Assembly (NCBI GenBank): GCA_963749915.1
Contig: CAVVOP010000019.1
Span: 96,001-160,000 of the forward strand
DNA: 64,000 nt
From: an uncultured cyanobacterium
GTDB taxonomy: Bacteria > Cyanobacteriota > Cyanobacteriia > Cyanobacteriales > Cyanobacteriaceae
Reading direction: 5' to 3'
The position numbers and the translations under genes are program-made. The notes beneath the pieces are model-generated. The model was not told the origin of the DNA. It ran no database searches and saw nothing but the letters and a program-made list of their open reading frames with translations. Positions 50,961 through 60,971 of this stretch are shown one piece after another. The stretch's first letter is position 1; every line of letters begins with the position of its first letter.

Positions 50961-52112
50961 TTAAAATATATCAGCGGGATCAGCCGATTTTAATTTATTA
51001 ACTGCGATCGCACCTGATAAAAAGCACATAATAACCGTTAAAATAAAGATTAATAAAGCTAAATTTTTAGTCATAATAATCGGTAAACCTGTGGCTTTTG
51101 ACGCCTGATAATAAAGGAAACTAGAAATACCTAAACCAGGAATAAAACCAAGGCAAGCGAGAATAATGGCTTCCTGAAAAACTAGAATTAATAAATAAGA
51201 ATTATCGTAACCCATGGCCTTTAAAGTCGCATATTCAGGTAAATGATCAGCAACATCAGTATAAAGAATTTGATAAACAATGACGATACCCACAATTAAA
51301 CCCATTCCTGCACCAAGAGTAAAAATAAAACCAATTGCCGTACTACTCTCCCAGTAATGACGCTCATAGTTCATAAATTCTTCTCTTGATAAAATTAAGA
51401 CATCACCGCCATTTAATTTATTCTTTAAACTGTCAATTACTGCCCTAAAATTAGCATCTTTTTTAAGTTTAATGACCCCAATATCAATTAAACCTTTATT
51501 TCGATCTGGAAACAATCTTAAAAAGTTTAAATCGCTAGTAATTAAATTACCATCAGCACCAAAAGTTGCCCCAATACTAAATAAACCAACTACTTTTATC
51601 TGTCGGCCATCAATTTCCGTTTTAACTTCTTTTCCGCTTAAATAAAGTTGTGAAATATTACCAAACTCAGGGCGAGATTGATCATCGAATAACACCACAT
51701 CAGGTAATTGTAGTTTATATAAATTTTCTTTCACTCCCAATAAACTAAATACACCTTTTTTAGGATTAAAACCTACTACCATGATTTGCCGAGTTGTTTG
51801 ATTTTCAGGATTTTTCCAAATTCTAAAACCAATATATATAGGATTAATTGACTCGACTCCTTCCACTCCTAAAGATTCATATAAACGGCGGGAAGAAAAA
51901 CTTTTCATAGCTATTAAAGCATCAGATTGAGGGCTAATTAAAAACACATCGCCCTCAATTTTTTCGTGCAATCTAACCGAACTATTTAACAAAGCTGTTT
52001 TAAATCCCAACTGCATAAACATTAAAATATCTGCAAATCCAATCCCTGCCAAAGCGATTAATAAACGAATTTTTTCTCTACTTAATTGCAGCCAAGCTAA
52101 AGGTATTTTCAT
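50961..52112 (-). CDS. devC: ABC exporter permease DevC family
   Basis: KIPLAWLQL, YQILYTDV..HLPEYATLKAMG and ADPADIF motifs. Confidence 0.92.
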   Translation of the reverse strand: MKIPLAWLQLSREKIRLLIALAGIGFADILMFMQLGFKTALLNSSVRLHEKIEGDVFLISPQSDALIAMKSFSSRRLYESLGVEGVESINPIYIGFRIWKNPENQTTRQIMVVGFNPKKGVFSLLGVKENLYKLQLPDVVLFDDQSRPEFGNISQLYLSGKEVKTEIDGRQIKVVGLFSIGATFGADGNLITSDLNFLRLFPDRNKGLIDIGVIKLKKDANFRAVIDSLKNKLNGGDVLILSREEFMNYERHYWESSTAIGFIFTLGAGMGLIVGIVIVYQILYTDVADHLPEYATLKAMGYDNSYLLILVFQEAIILACLGFIPGLGISSFLYYQASKATGLPIIMTKNLALLIFILTVIMCFLSGAIAVNKLKSADPADIF

Positions 52113-52270
52113 AATTAATTATGGTTCCTGAAAAAGTATTTTGATGAGGATAGAAAATAGGGAATAGGGAATAGGGAATAGTTAATAGTTAATAGGCAAC
52201 AGAAAACAGTGGTAATTTTATTAAATTTGGTATTAAATTAATTGCTAATTTCGAGTTTTTTATTTCTTTT

Positions 52271-53569
52271 TTATAATAAAATTTCGGCGATTATTTGAGC
52301 ATAAATTAATTTATTAACGATATGATTATCTTCGGGATTAATAGCGATTTTTACTTCTACCACTCGCGCGTCAACACTAGCGGCCGGATCAGTTTCCAAT
52401 ACGTCTTTTTTGCCTATTTTTGGGCTAATTTGGATGATTTTTCCCCTTAATGTCTCTTTAAAGCTATCATTATCGCTTTTAATCCTTGTTTCTTGTCCTA
52501 TATTAATTTTACTAACATCACTTTCATATACTTCTGCGATGGCCAGCATTTGAGTCGTATTCGCCATTTCTACTACTCCTGTCTCATTATCGATGCTTTC
52601 TCCTTCCCTAGCCATAATTTCGATGATTGTGCCGTCGGTAGGTGCTTTAATAATGGTTAAATCTAACTCTATTTCTGCTTGTTTGACTAATGCGATGGTT
52701 TTATCTATTTGTGTCCGAGCTTGTAACACATCCACGACTCGAATTTCAGCAATTTCTGTCAATCTAGCTTTTGCTTCGGCAATTTGTTTGTTGAGGGTGT
52801 TTACCTGTTGATTAGCCAATGCCTCCGCTTCTCGAATTTCTTGTGTCACCGTCGAGATAGTTTTCTGATAACTTGCCTTAGCCTCTTGATAACCTTGGGT
52901 TGCCGTGTCAAAAGTTAACTGTCTCGACTCCAAATTCGACTGGGAAATAACCCCATCCTTGGCCAATTCTTGATAGCGTTGTAACTCAGATTGAGCATTA
53001 TTTACCTCCGCTTTTAATCTTTGAATAGTCGCCTCTTTTTCTGCTTTTTCTGCCGATAATTGAGCTTTAAGTCGAGAAATCTTAGCTTTATCCGTAGCAA
53101 TTACGCCATTTAATTCCGCTTTCAATCTCTCCAGAGTCGATTCTTGAGCTTTTATCGCCCCTTCCTTCGCCCCTGCTTGCACAATAGCCAAATTAGCCTC
53201 GGCAACCTTGACTTCTTGTTTTGCGGTTTCTAACTCCGCTTTTTTGCTATCAAAACCAGTGGTAATGGCTATAATATCGTCTTTTTTCACCGTATCACCT
53301 TGCTTTACCAATAAGGTTTTAACTTTTGTCCCTGACATAGTAGGAGAAGGGGCTACTTTGATAATCTCTCCCAAAGGCTCAATTCTACCCAAAGCGGTGA
53401 CGAATTTTTGGGTTATTTTTGCCGTGGCGGGAGGAGGAGGGGAGTTTTTAACTCCTACTTTTTGAAAAATATATAGACCTGTAGTTGTCACGATAACAAA
53501 ACCCAAAATTCCCGAGGTGACGGCGATTTGTTTAGCATTTTTTGCCAGAAAGGATGTCGATTCGCCCAT
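52271..53569 (-). CDS. devB: ABC exporter membrane fusion protein DevB family
   Basis: ALGRIEP, coiled coil, AEVYESD and DARVVEVKI motifs. Confidence 0.9.
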   Translation of the reverse strand: MGESTSFLAKNAKQIAVTSGILGFVIVTTTGLYIFQKVGVKNSPPPPATAKITQKFVTALGRIEPLGEIIKVAPSPTMSGTKVKTLLVKQGDTVKKDDIIAITTGFDSKKAELETAKQEVKVAEANLAIVQAGAKEGAIKAQESTLERLKAELNGVIATDKAKISRLKAQLSAEKAEKEATIQRLKAEVNNAQSELQRYQELAKDGVISQSNLESRQLTFDTATQGYQEAKASYQKTISTVTQEIREAEALANQQVNTLNKQIAEAKARLTEIAEIRVVDVLQARTQIDKTIALVKQAEIELDLTIIKAPTDGTIIEIMAREGESIDNETGVVEMANTTQMLAIAEVYESDVSKINIGQETRIKSDNDSFKETLRGKIIQISPKIGKKDVLETDPAASVDARVVEVKIAINPEDNHIVNKLIYAQIIAEILL

Positions 53570-53581
53570 GTTGCCAAAACT

Positions 53582-53606
53582 TAGACTAGACTAGACTGTA
53601 CAGTAA
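53582..53606. promoter_or_regulatory. Putative TetR operator
   Basis: (TAGAC)3 followed by the palindrome ACTGTACAGT (53595-53604), between devB and a TetR remnant. Confidence 0.45.
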
Positions 53607-53648
53607 GATTTGATACTAGAGATTATAACACCGATAAAAATTGTTGTA

Positions 53649-53720
53649 GAGCAAATTTTACTAGGGGCATTATCTGAGTTTTTAACTCATGGTTATTTAG
53701 GCACCACAATAGATAATCTG
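53649..53720 (+). pseudogene. TetR-family regulator N-terminal remnant
   Basis: EQILLGALSEFLTHGYLGTTID matches TetR helices 1-2; divergent from devB. Confidence 0.65.
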
Positions 53721-53767
53721 AACATCTTAGGATAAGATAGGAATTTAATTTTGAAAATAAAAAAATC

Positions 53768-55204
53768 ATGGCTCGAATAAAAACTCATAGCCGTCAAGAA
53801 TTAGACATTAATCCTGTCACGGTTTTTACGGGAGCGTTAGTTTTAACCGTAATTATTTATATTTTGTTTTTACCTTTTAAAGAATCCTATGTGGGAATCT
53901 TGTTATATCAGAGAGGTTTTACCCAATATTTAACCGTATTTTTTGCTTCTTTAGTGGCAAATATCACAATTAATAAATATTTTAAAATTAAAACGGAAAG
54001 AAAAATATTAAGAAAAATTGGAGTACCAGAAAAAATCTCTTTTGATAATCATAAATCAGCACAATTAATACACCTGCAAGAGGATTTCTCACAAAATTAT
54101 ACCATGATTACTGGCAGATTGGCTCGAATTTTAAACGCCTATATTCTTTCTGGGAGTCGTAAAATAGTCACGGAATTAGCCTTAGATGATAGTTCATTTT
54201 ATCTTAGTGCCTCTGAATCTTCCTATGCCTTACCAAGAATTTTAGTTTGGGCTATTCCCCTCTTGGGATTTATTGGTACAGTGTTAGGTATCAGTAGTGC
54301 CGTCAATGGTTTCTCTAGTTTTCTTGACAATGCCGCCGAAATTGACCAAATTAGGGAAGGCATCGGGACTGTTACCAGTGGTTTGGCTATCGCTTTCGAT
54401 ACAACTTTATTGGCACTTCTCCTTAGTGTTGTGGTAATGATTCCGTTGGTATTGGTGGAAAGAATGGAATCACAGTTATTACTAGCCACAGAGATTTATA
54501 TTAATGATCATATTTTACCCCGACTCAAAGAAAATAATGATTCCGAAAAATCCCCTTTAAATAGTGATACTTTAATTCAAACAGTTAATACCGCTATTGA
54601 GAATAAATTACCGACAAAAGAGGAGTTAATTCAACCGATAAAAGATGCCCTACCTACCCCCCAAGATTTAATCAATCCCGTCGAAATTTATGCCAAAGAA
54701 GCTGCTAAAAATTTAGTGAAAGAATTTGTCCATCAATTTAGTGAAATTAATATCAAAGAAACGGAGTTAATTAATAGCTTAAAAGAAATAAATAAGGTAA
54801 TCTTAAAAGATAGGGATAATTTCTTGCGAACTTTTGGACAACAAAATGATTTAAACCAGTCTATTATTGCTAATATTAGAGAATTAGTAGATTTAGTTAA
54901 AGACAATAATGATACTAATAGTCAAAATTTAAACGAAAATACCCAACGGATCGCACAACAACTAAATAAGGCAGCCTCTAGTTTGGAAACAAAAGTTATA
55001 TCCTTGGAAAAATCTAGTGCCAAAATTGCCGAACTTAATCAATTACAATCTGGCCTAGAAAAAGTAGTAGAGGTCTTAAATAATATTGGCGAAATGCAAC
55101 AAACCCTTGTAAATATTCAAGATAAAATTGCTCTTTTACAACCTACTTTACAAGATTTAAGTAAACCTAGGGTTATTAGATTAGTTGAGCAAATCGAACA
55201 ATAA
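53768..55204 (+). CDS. MotA/TolQ/ExbB proton channel protein with long coiled-coil tail
   Basis: IPLLGFIGTVLGI and GLAIAFDTTLLAL motifs. Confidence 0.9.
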   Translation: MARIKTHSRQELDINPVTVFTGALVLTVIIYILFLPFKESYVGILLYQRGFTQYLTVFFASLVANITINKYFKIKTERKILRKIGVPEKISFDNHKSAQLIHLQEDFSQNYTMITGRLARILNAYILSGSRKIVTELALDDSSFYLSASESSYALPRILVWAIPLLGFIGTVLGISSAVNGFSSFLDNAAEIDQIREGIGTVTSGLAIAFDTTLLALLLSVVVMIPLVLVERMESQLLLATEIYINDHILPRLKENNDSEKSPLNSDTLIQTVNTAIENKLPTKEELIQPIKDALPTPQDLINPVEIYAKEAAKNLVKEFVHQFSEINIKETELINSLKEINKVILKDRDNFLRTFGQQNDLNQSIIANIRELVDLVKDNNDTNSQNLNENTQRIAQQLNKAASSLETKVISLEKSSAKIAELNQLQSGLEKVVEVLNNIGEMQQTLVNIQDKIALLQPTLQDLSKPRVIRLVEQIEQ

Positions 55205-55257
55205 AAAATGAACCATTAACCATTAAGAAAATAATTATTTACTGTTAACTTTTAAAA

Positions 55258-55707
55258 ATGCGCAGGCGATCGAAATCCAATAAAATAGAACTAGAATTAT
55301 TCCCTTTTTTGTCAATTTTGGCTTGTACCATTGGTAGTTTAATTTTACTGATCATTGTGGTTAGTACCGAAACCTTAAATGCTAATCCAGAAGTAACAAT
55401 TATTGCAAAAAGTGAAGGGGGAGTTAATCAAAAAAAACAACCTCGCTATATTGAATGTAAAGAAGACGGGGTGGTTATTTATCCTAGTCAAGAATTTGTG
55501 CCCAAAAATGAACTTAGTAAACCTAATTCTAAACTGTTAAAATTTATCACGGACGTAAAGGCTAATAAAAATAAGGAATATGTTATTGTGGCAGTTAGAC
55601 CTAGTGGAATTGATGTTTTTCAACAGGTAAGAGATCTTATTGAAAAAGAAGAAATTGATATAGGTTATGAACCCATAGAAGAAGGTTGGACATTAAAAAT
55701 TCAATAG
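55258..55707 (+). CDS. ExbD/TolR-like protein
   Basis: Basic N-terminus, TM FPFLSILACTIG, C-terminal VRP..IGYEP. Confidence 0.65.
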   Translation: MRRRSKSNKIELELFPFLSILACTIGSLILLIIVVSTETLNANPEVTIIAKSEGGVNQKKQPRYIECKEDGVVIYPSQEFVPKNELSKPNSKLLKFITDVKANKNKEYVIVAVRPSGIDVFQQVRDLIEKEEIDIGYEPIEEGWTLKIQ

Positions 55708-55735
55708 TAAAATTATTACTACATTAATTTGGATC

Positions 55736-56437
55736 ATGAGAGGAAGAAGAATCAGAAAAAATAATCATCCGAGTCAAAATTTAGATTCGTTTTTGGATAT
55801 TTTGACAAATACCGTAGGGGTACTGATGTTTATTGGCTTATTTGTCAGTTTGTTAGCAGTTGAAGCGGGAACAATTATTCGTACTCCTTTACGAGCAGAA
55901 ACTAATAAAGATGGTAGATTTTTTGAGGTAAGAAATAACCAAGTTTTTTATTTAAGTGATCCAAGATTAGAAAGAGAAATTGATCAAGTTTTAAGTACTT
56001 TACCTAATTGTAAAACTCCTAATATTCCTGAAAATATACCCTCTTATTTATATAATTTTTATACTCAAGAAATAGAGCGATACGATCAATGTATAAAAAC
56101 AAGAAATATTAGATTAGAAAATTTCTATTACGATAATGGAAACTATTTAGTGTCTTTTACTGATCAAGGTTCACTAAAATATGATGCTAGTTCCTCATCT
56201 CAAGGAGAAGATTCTAAGCAATTGAAAAAAACTAACTCTAATTTTATTAATACTCTCAAAAACTTAAATCCGGAAATAAACTATGTCGCTTTTATTGTGC
56301 GTCCTGACAGTTTTGAAGCCTTCAGAGTTGCTAGAGAAAAGGCTTGGAGTCTTGGTTTTGAGGTAGGTTGGGAACCGATTTCCCAAGATCGCATTTTAGT
56401 TTTTGGCTCTGGTGGTAGATCCATCGGTGTACAATAA
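55736..56437 (+). CDS. ExbD/TolR-like protein
   Basis: DSFLDILTNTVG TM with Asp; VRPD..VGWEP. Confidence 0.65.
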   Translation: MRGRRIRKNNHPSQNLDSFLDILTNTVGVLMFIGLFVSLLAVEAGTIIRTPLRAETNKDGRFFEVRNNQVFYLSDPRLEREIDQVLSTLPNCKTPNIPENIPSYLYNFYTQEIERYDQCIKTRNIRLENFYYDNGNYLVSFTDQGSLKYDASSSSQGEDSKQLKKTNSNFINTLKNLNPEINYVAFIVRPDSFEAFRVAREKAWSLGFEVGWEPISQDRILVFGSGGRSIGVQ

Positions 56438-56504
56438 CGATCGAAAGATGATTGAAAAATTCAGAACCTTTGTTCCTCGTTTCTGTCTTGATGGACTACT
56501 ATAC

Positions 56505-56510
56505 TATAAT
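56505..56510 (+). promoter_or_regulatory. Putative -10 box
   Basis: TATAAT 6 nt upstream of the structured element. Confidence 0.45.
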
Positions 56511-56516
56511 TAAAAA

Positions 56517-56627
56517 TAGCCTCGGTTTGCTAGGAGCGAATAGACATGGTTACTCCTATCACATAAAGGATTCAGCTAGTAATTATCTGAACTATTCGTT
56601 CTCCACATCAGTTTTACTACGAGGCTA
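56517..56627 (+). ncRNA. Candidate structured RNA or leader
   Basis: Nested stems: tagcctcg/cgaggcta; ggag-cgaatag/ctattcg-tt-ctcc; tcct/agga; ttcag/ctgaa. Confidence 0.55.
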
Positions 56628-56653
56628 CCTAGAAACAGTAAGAGGAGAAAACG

Positions 56654-57499
56654 GTGAAGTGGCAACAAGAAATTATCATCAAAGACACCCACAGAGGAAT
56701 CTATTATAAGGATGGTATTTTTCTCAAAATTTTGACCGCTGGTAGATATGTCATTCCCTATCATCTAAATTGGGGAATTTGGCGCACCCCAAAAATAGAA
56801 ATCGCCCTTGTGGATATTCGGGAAAGAGATTTAACCATTAAAGGACAGGAAATTTTAACCGCTGATAAAGTAGCTATTCGAGTTAGCATTATTGTCCAAT
56901 TTCGAGTTGTTGATGCCCGTGCCGCCATTCATGAGGTACAAGACTATGAAAATCGTATCTATAGTGATGTACAATTAGCTGCGAGACGTTCTTTAGCTTC
57001 CATGTCTCTAGAACAGATTTTAACCAACCGTAATCAACTTAGTGAGGATATTTTACGAGATGTTCAAGAAGTGGCCAGTCGTTATGGTATCTCAATTCTG
57101 AGGGCAGATGTCAAAGACTTGATTTTTCCAGGTAATTTACAGGAAATTATGAACAAGGTTTTAGCCACTGAACGTCTTAGCCAAGCACAATTAGTTGAAG
57201 CTCGTACTAAAGCAGAAGTTAAGAAAATTGAGGCCCAAGCACAGCAAGAGGCAAAACAACTGCAAATAGATGCAGAAACAGTCTCGAAACAAAAAGCCGC
57301 TATTCAGGAAGCAGAAATTCAACAGATTAAAACTCAAGCAATTATTGAAAGTCTCAAACAATTAGAATCCGTTGCCATCGCCTTCAGTAATCATCCTGCT
57401 TTATTGCGGTTACAGGAATTGGAAATGTTAAAGGAATTAGCCCATAGTAGTAATGCCCAAATTTATTTTAATTCTGACCATTTTCCTTCCGGAAATTAA
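56654..57499 (+). CDS. SPFH / slipin family protein
   Basis: GQEILTADKV, VKDLIFPG and HPALLRLQELE motifs; GAGGAG RBS. Confidence 0.9.
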   Translation: MKWQQEIIIKDTHRGIYYKDGIFLKILTAGRYVIPYHLNWGIWRTPKIEIALVDIRERDLTIKGQEILTADKVAIRVSIIVQFRVVDARAAIHEVQDYENRIYSDVQLAARRSLASMSLEQILTNRNQLSEDILRDVQEVASRYGISILRADVKDLIFPGNLQEIMNKVLATERLSQAQLVEARTKAEVKKIEAQAQQEAKQLQIDAETVSKQKAAIQEAEIQQIKTQAIIESLKQLESVAIAFSNHPALLRLQELEMLKELAHSSNAQIYFNSDHFPSGN

Positions 57500-57521
57500 G
57501 ATTGATCCACAGAAACATTTT

Positions 57522-57792
57522 GGCTCTTCCGGAATTACCGTGGTAGCCACTAGATATAGTGTCAGGTGAAGCCAAATTTCTCATAGCCATTGATGTCAAG
57601 TGTGAGTCGTTGAAATATTTGAGCCACATCAAAGATCCCATAGCACCGTCGCTTTAAAACCTTTACCCGGTTGTTAAAGCCCTCGACAAAGCCGCTCGTT
57701 AACCTTGACAAAAAGTAATTGCTGATCTTGTCGAGCCAGGTCTCAATGGTTCCCAGGAAGCTCTCAAATTCCTTCAGTTCCCTCTTACGCAC
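57522..57792 (-). pseudogene. ISL3 family 3' remnant
   Basis: SGFVEGFNNRVKVLKRRCYG motif; GGCTCTT terminus. Confidence 0.8.
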
Positions 57793-57802
57793 TCCCTTAC
57801 AC

Positions 57803-58140
57803 CCGAACTTCCCCCTTTGACAAAAACGAAAACCTGTGCTGTGTAAAGTTTTTAACCACTTATCTCCCCCTATTTACTGGGTACAAATTAAGGAAATCTC
57901 CACCAAATCTAATGCCTTTTGTTGTAATCGTGTTGGTCGAGTAATGGTCTGGAAACTAGACTTTCCCTGAGCCAAATTACATTCTACTTCCACAAGACAA
58001 ATTGTCCCTAAATCTTCTAATAAAGTCCGAAAACTATGTAGGGGATAATCATCTTTATTCCTTTTTTTTCTGTCTTTTAACTCGGCTGATTTACAAGGGT
58101 TTTAGTTGTTATTCAATACTTTTGTACGGGGGAAGTTCGG
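57803..58140. mobile_element. Internally deleted IS (IS1634-like transposase tail)
   Basis: 13-bp IR ccgaacttccccc / gggggaagttcgg; minus strand encodes HSFRTLLEDLGTI...PTRLQQKALDL. Confidence 0.7.
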
Positions 58141-58278
58141 TTAGTAGAATCTTTTCGTCTCTACTCCCTGGAGAATTTTGAACGCCAGTAGCTAAGTCTT
58201 TATTTAATTTTGATACAATTTATTAGAATTATAAAGAATCAAACTCTGTTGCCCGTTTCAAAATTAGGAGTTCACTAG

Positions 58279-58659
58279 ATGGGTTATGTTTATGTTTCGA
58301 TTAGTCTCAAAAATCCTCGTCTTCCAAAATTGAAACCAATTCAAATTCAAGCATTGGTGGATACAGGTGCATTAATGTTATGCCTTCCTGAACACATTTG
58401 TCTCCAACTGCAACTAGAGACTAATAGTGAAAGAGAAATTACTACTGCTGATGGACGGAATCAAATTGTTCCTTATGTCGGCCCGATTGAATTGATTTTT
58501 GAAAATCGTAGTTGTTATGTAGGGGCATTAGTTTTAGGAGATGAACCACTACTTGGAGTCATTCCCATGGAAGATATGGATTTAATTATTTCTCCTTCTC
58601 TAAGAAAAGTAGTCGTTAATCCGGAGAGTCCCAATTTTCCTCATGCTCTAGTCAAGTAA
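58279..58659 (+). CDS. Clan AA aspartic protease
   Basis: ALVDTGA and LLG motifs. Confidence 0.88.
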   Translation: MGYVYVSISLKNPRLPKLKPIQIQALVDTGALMLCLPEHICLQLQLETNSEREITTADGRNQIVPYVGPIELIFENRSCYVGALVLGDEPLLGVIPMEDMDLIISPSLRKVVVNPESPNFPHALVK

Positions 58660-58709
58660 ATGTTGTTCTTTTTTTCGCAATCCAATGATTGGACATTTTT
58701 AAGAATGCT

Positions 58710-60131
58710 TTAAAACTCATACTTTAATCCTGTGGTAAACAAGAATAGCCACTTGGGATTTCCCTCAAATATTTCTTTATTTCGATAGCGAAGAAATAAA
58801 CGATTAGTAAATGACCATTTTTGACTCAGAGGAATAGAAAGAGTGGTATCAGAAATAATATCATAGTTATTAAAATCATTTAAGGCAGGAGTAATGGCAA
58901 AAGTCTCATCTATCTTTGCCTTTCCGATAGAAAAACCTCTACCCCAAAGAATAATAGCTAGAGTTGGGTCAACTTGATTGCGTTTTTGTTCAAACTCAAT
59001 ATAATCATATTGATAACGAGGTCCTACAGCTAATTGTAAATCTAAAAAATTACTGGGAGTATCTCCTCGCCACAAATTTAACCCTGCTCCAGTATAAAGT
59101 GCACTGATAATCGTTAAATCCTCATCTTTGTCTCTAGAAGAAAATAAAAATTGGTTAGTGCTGTTGAAAAAATTAGTCACAAAACTCCATTGCTCATTGA
59201 AGTGATGGCGATAAAAGGTGAAATTTAAAATTTTGGGACGATAATTATTAACAGAATTGCTGCTATCATAATCGAGAAAATAAATAGCATCAACAAAAAT
59301 ATCATTTTCTGACCATTGTTTATAATAATCAACATCAAATCCTACTAAGGCCTCTGTCTTTCGAAAAGATTTTACCCAACCAGAAAATCCTAACTTGAAA
59401 GTGGCAGGAGTTTCCGTAAAAGGGAATTCTGGTACAGGTAGCTCGCTTGCGGCAATAATTGTTTGGCTTTGAGTAAATACAGCTTGGGCGGCTTCTTTTT
59501 CGCCCATTTCTCCATATTTGAGCGAGATTTTCAATAATAATTGTCCTTGGAGGGATTTATCAGGAATATTATTTGCTATCTCAACACTGTTGTCCAGAAT
59601 CTCAATGGCTTGAGTTTTTTGACCTATTTGGGCATAATACTGAGCAATATCGAGCACAGTAGTTACTTTGACCGCCACATCCTCAAACATATTTACTAGC
59701 TCGACGGTATTCTCGATAATCTCAATGGTTTGGCTTTTTTGACCTATTTGCTCATAATACTCAGCAACACTGAGCATAGCAGTCACTTTTAAAACCACAT
59801 CTTCAATGTTTTGGGCTACTGCTAAAGACTGGTCTAAAATAGCGATCGCCTTCTCGTGATCCCCTAACTGGGCGTAATTAAGGGCAAGCTCATTGAAAAG
59901 AATAACCTTAAGTTCAGCGTCATCCATCTCACTAATTAGTTCTAAACTTTGATCAAGTCGGGATTTTTCGTCAAGATCGGGAGCCGACTCTTGAGACGAT
60001 GCCATCAATGGAATTATGTTGTCTTGATTATATTTCGGATTAGCCATCACCGGAGTAACTGAACTAAGGAAAAGTATTTCACCTAGAGAGATTCCGAAAA
60101 TTAAACTTCTGAAAAAATTGCATAAAAACAT
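58710..60131 (-). CDS. TPR-like repeat plus DUF481-like beta-barrel protein
   Basis: Signal-like N-terminus, 40-aa helical repeats, beta-rich C-domain ending GLKYEF. Confidence 0.7.
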   Translation of the reverse strand: MFLCNFFRSLIFGISLGEILFLSSVTPVMANPKYNQDNIIPLMASSQESAPDLDEKSRLDQSLELISEMDDAELKVILFNELALNYAQLGDHEKAIAILDQSLAVAQNIEDVVLKVTAMLSVAEYYEQIGQKSQTIEIIENTVELVNMFEDVAVKVTTVLDIAQYYAQIGQKTQAIEILDNSVEIANNIPDKSLQGQLLLKISLKYGEMGEKEAAQAVFTQSQTIIAASELPVPEFPFTETPATFKLGFSGWVKSFRKTEALVGFDVDYYKQWSENDIFVDAIYFLDYDSSNSVNNYRPKILNFTFYRHHFNEQWSFVTNFFNSTNQFLFSSRDKDEDLTIISALYTGAGLNLWRGDTPSNFLDLQLAVGPRYQYDYIEFEQKRNQVDPTLAIILWGRGFSIGKAKIDETFAITPALNDFNNYDIISDTTLSIPLSQKWSFTNRLFLRYRNKEIFEGNPKWLFLFTTGLKYEF

Positions 60132-60262
60132 AGATTTTAAGAGAAATGAAATTTGCTAATAATTATGGCTTTGCTGAAAAACTTATATAATTTACTCGTA
60201 ATTTTGACGAGTGAATACTTCGGCTGCGCTCAGTACAAGTTTTGAATTTTGAATTCAAAAAT

Positions 60263-60937
60263 TTATTCTTCTTGAGTAGTGTATAAACTCACCAACCTGG
60301 CAATAAATATAGCTGGGTACATTAAACCGATGATCGCTTGTGCATTAGCCAAACTCATGGCAAATTTATTTACTGGTGTTATGTCACCATAGCCCAATGT
60401 TGTTATCGTGGTGAAACTAAAGTAAAAGATTTGATATTGCTGTTCCAATTCGGAGGATAAACCTTTAAAAGCAGTAGGGTCAAAAGCTAATATAATTGAG
60501 TAAAAGTTAAACCATAAAAAAGCTAGAAGCAGGAAGATAGAAATACCTCCATTAACAATATTTATATCCACTTTTTTCTCCCTAAAAATTAAACTGCCAA
60601 GGAAAATAATCGCTAAAATCATGAATATGCCATAGAAAAGGTTCGTTAAAAACATAATGTTAGTTAAACGATGGACTTGGTTGGCATGACTTAAATCTAA
60701 AAAAGAGGCTAAAACAGCCAAGCTTCTTAAAGTAAACTTGCCAATTTTTGGTAAATACAAAAAATTGACGATGAGCAGATTAATAATTAAAAACAATATG
60801 GTCATTACAGAATTACCGATAATTGATGAAGAATAAGGTGCTAGAAAGAAAATAACAATCAAACTGATTAGTAGTCTAGTTAAGTTTTTACTAGTTTTTC
60901 TAGTTAATTGGTTGTGACTAAATATATTTGTTGTCAT
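60263..60937 (-). CDS. Potassium channel family protein
   Basis: YFSFTTITTLGYGDITP filter motif. Confidence 0.9.
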   Translation of the reverse strand: MTTNIFSHNQLTRKTSKNLTRLLISLIVIFFLAPYSSSIIGNSVMTILFLIINLLIVNFLYLPKIGKFTLRSLAVLASFLDLSHANQVHRLTNIMFLTNLFYGIFMILAIIFLGSLIFREKKVDINIVNGGISIFLLLAFLWFNFYSIILAFDPTAFKGLSSELEQQYQIFYFSFTTITTLGYGDITPVNKFAMSLANAQAIIGLMYPAIFIARLVSLYTTQEE

Positions 60938-60971
60938 AGATTCAAAATAGTTTATTTGCTAGCTTGAGTTT

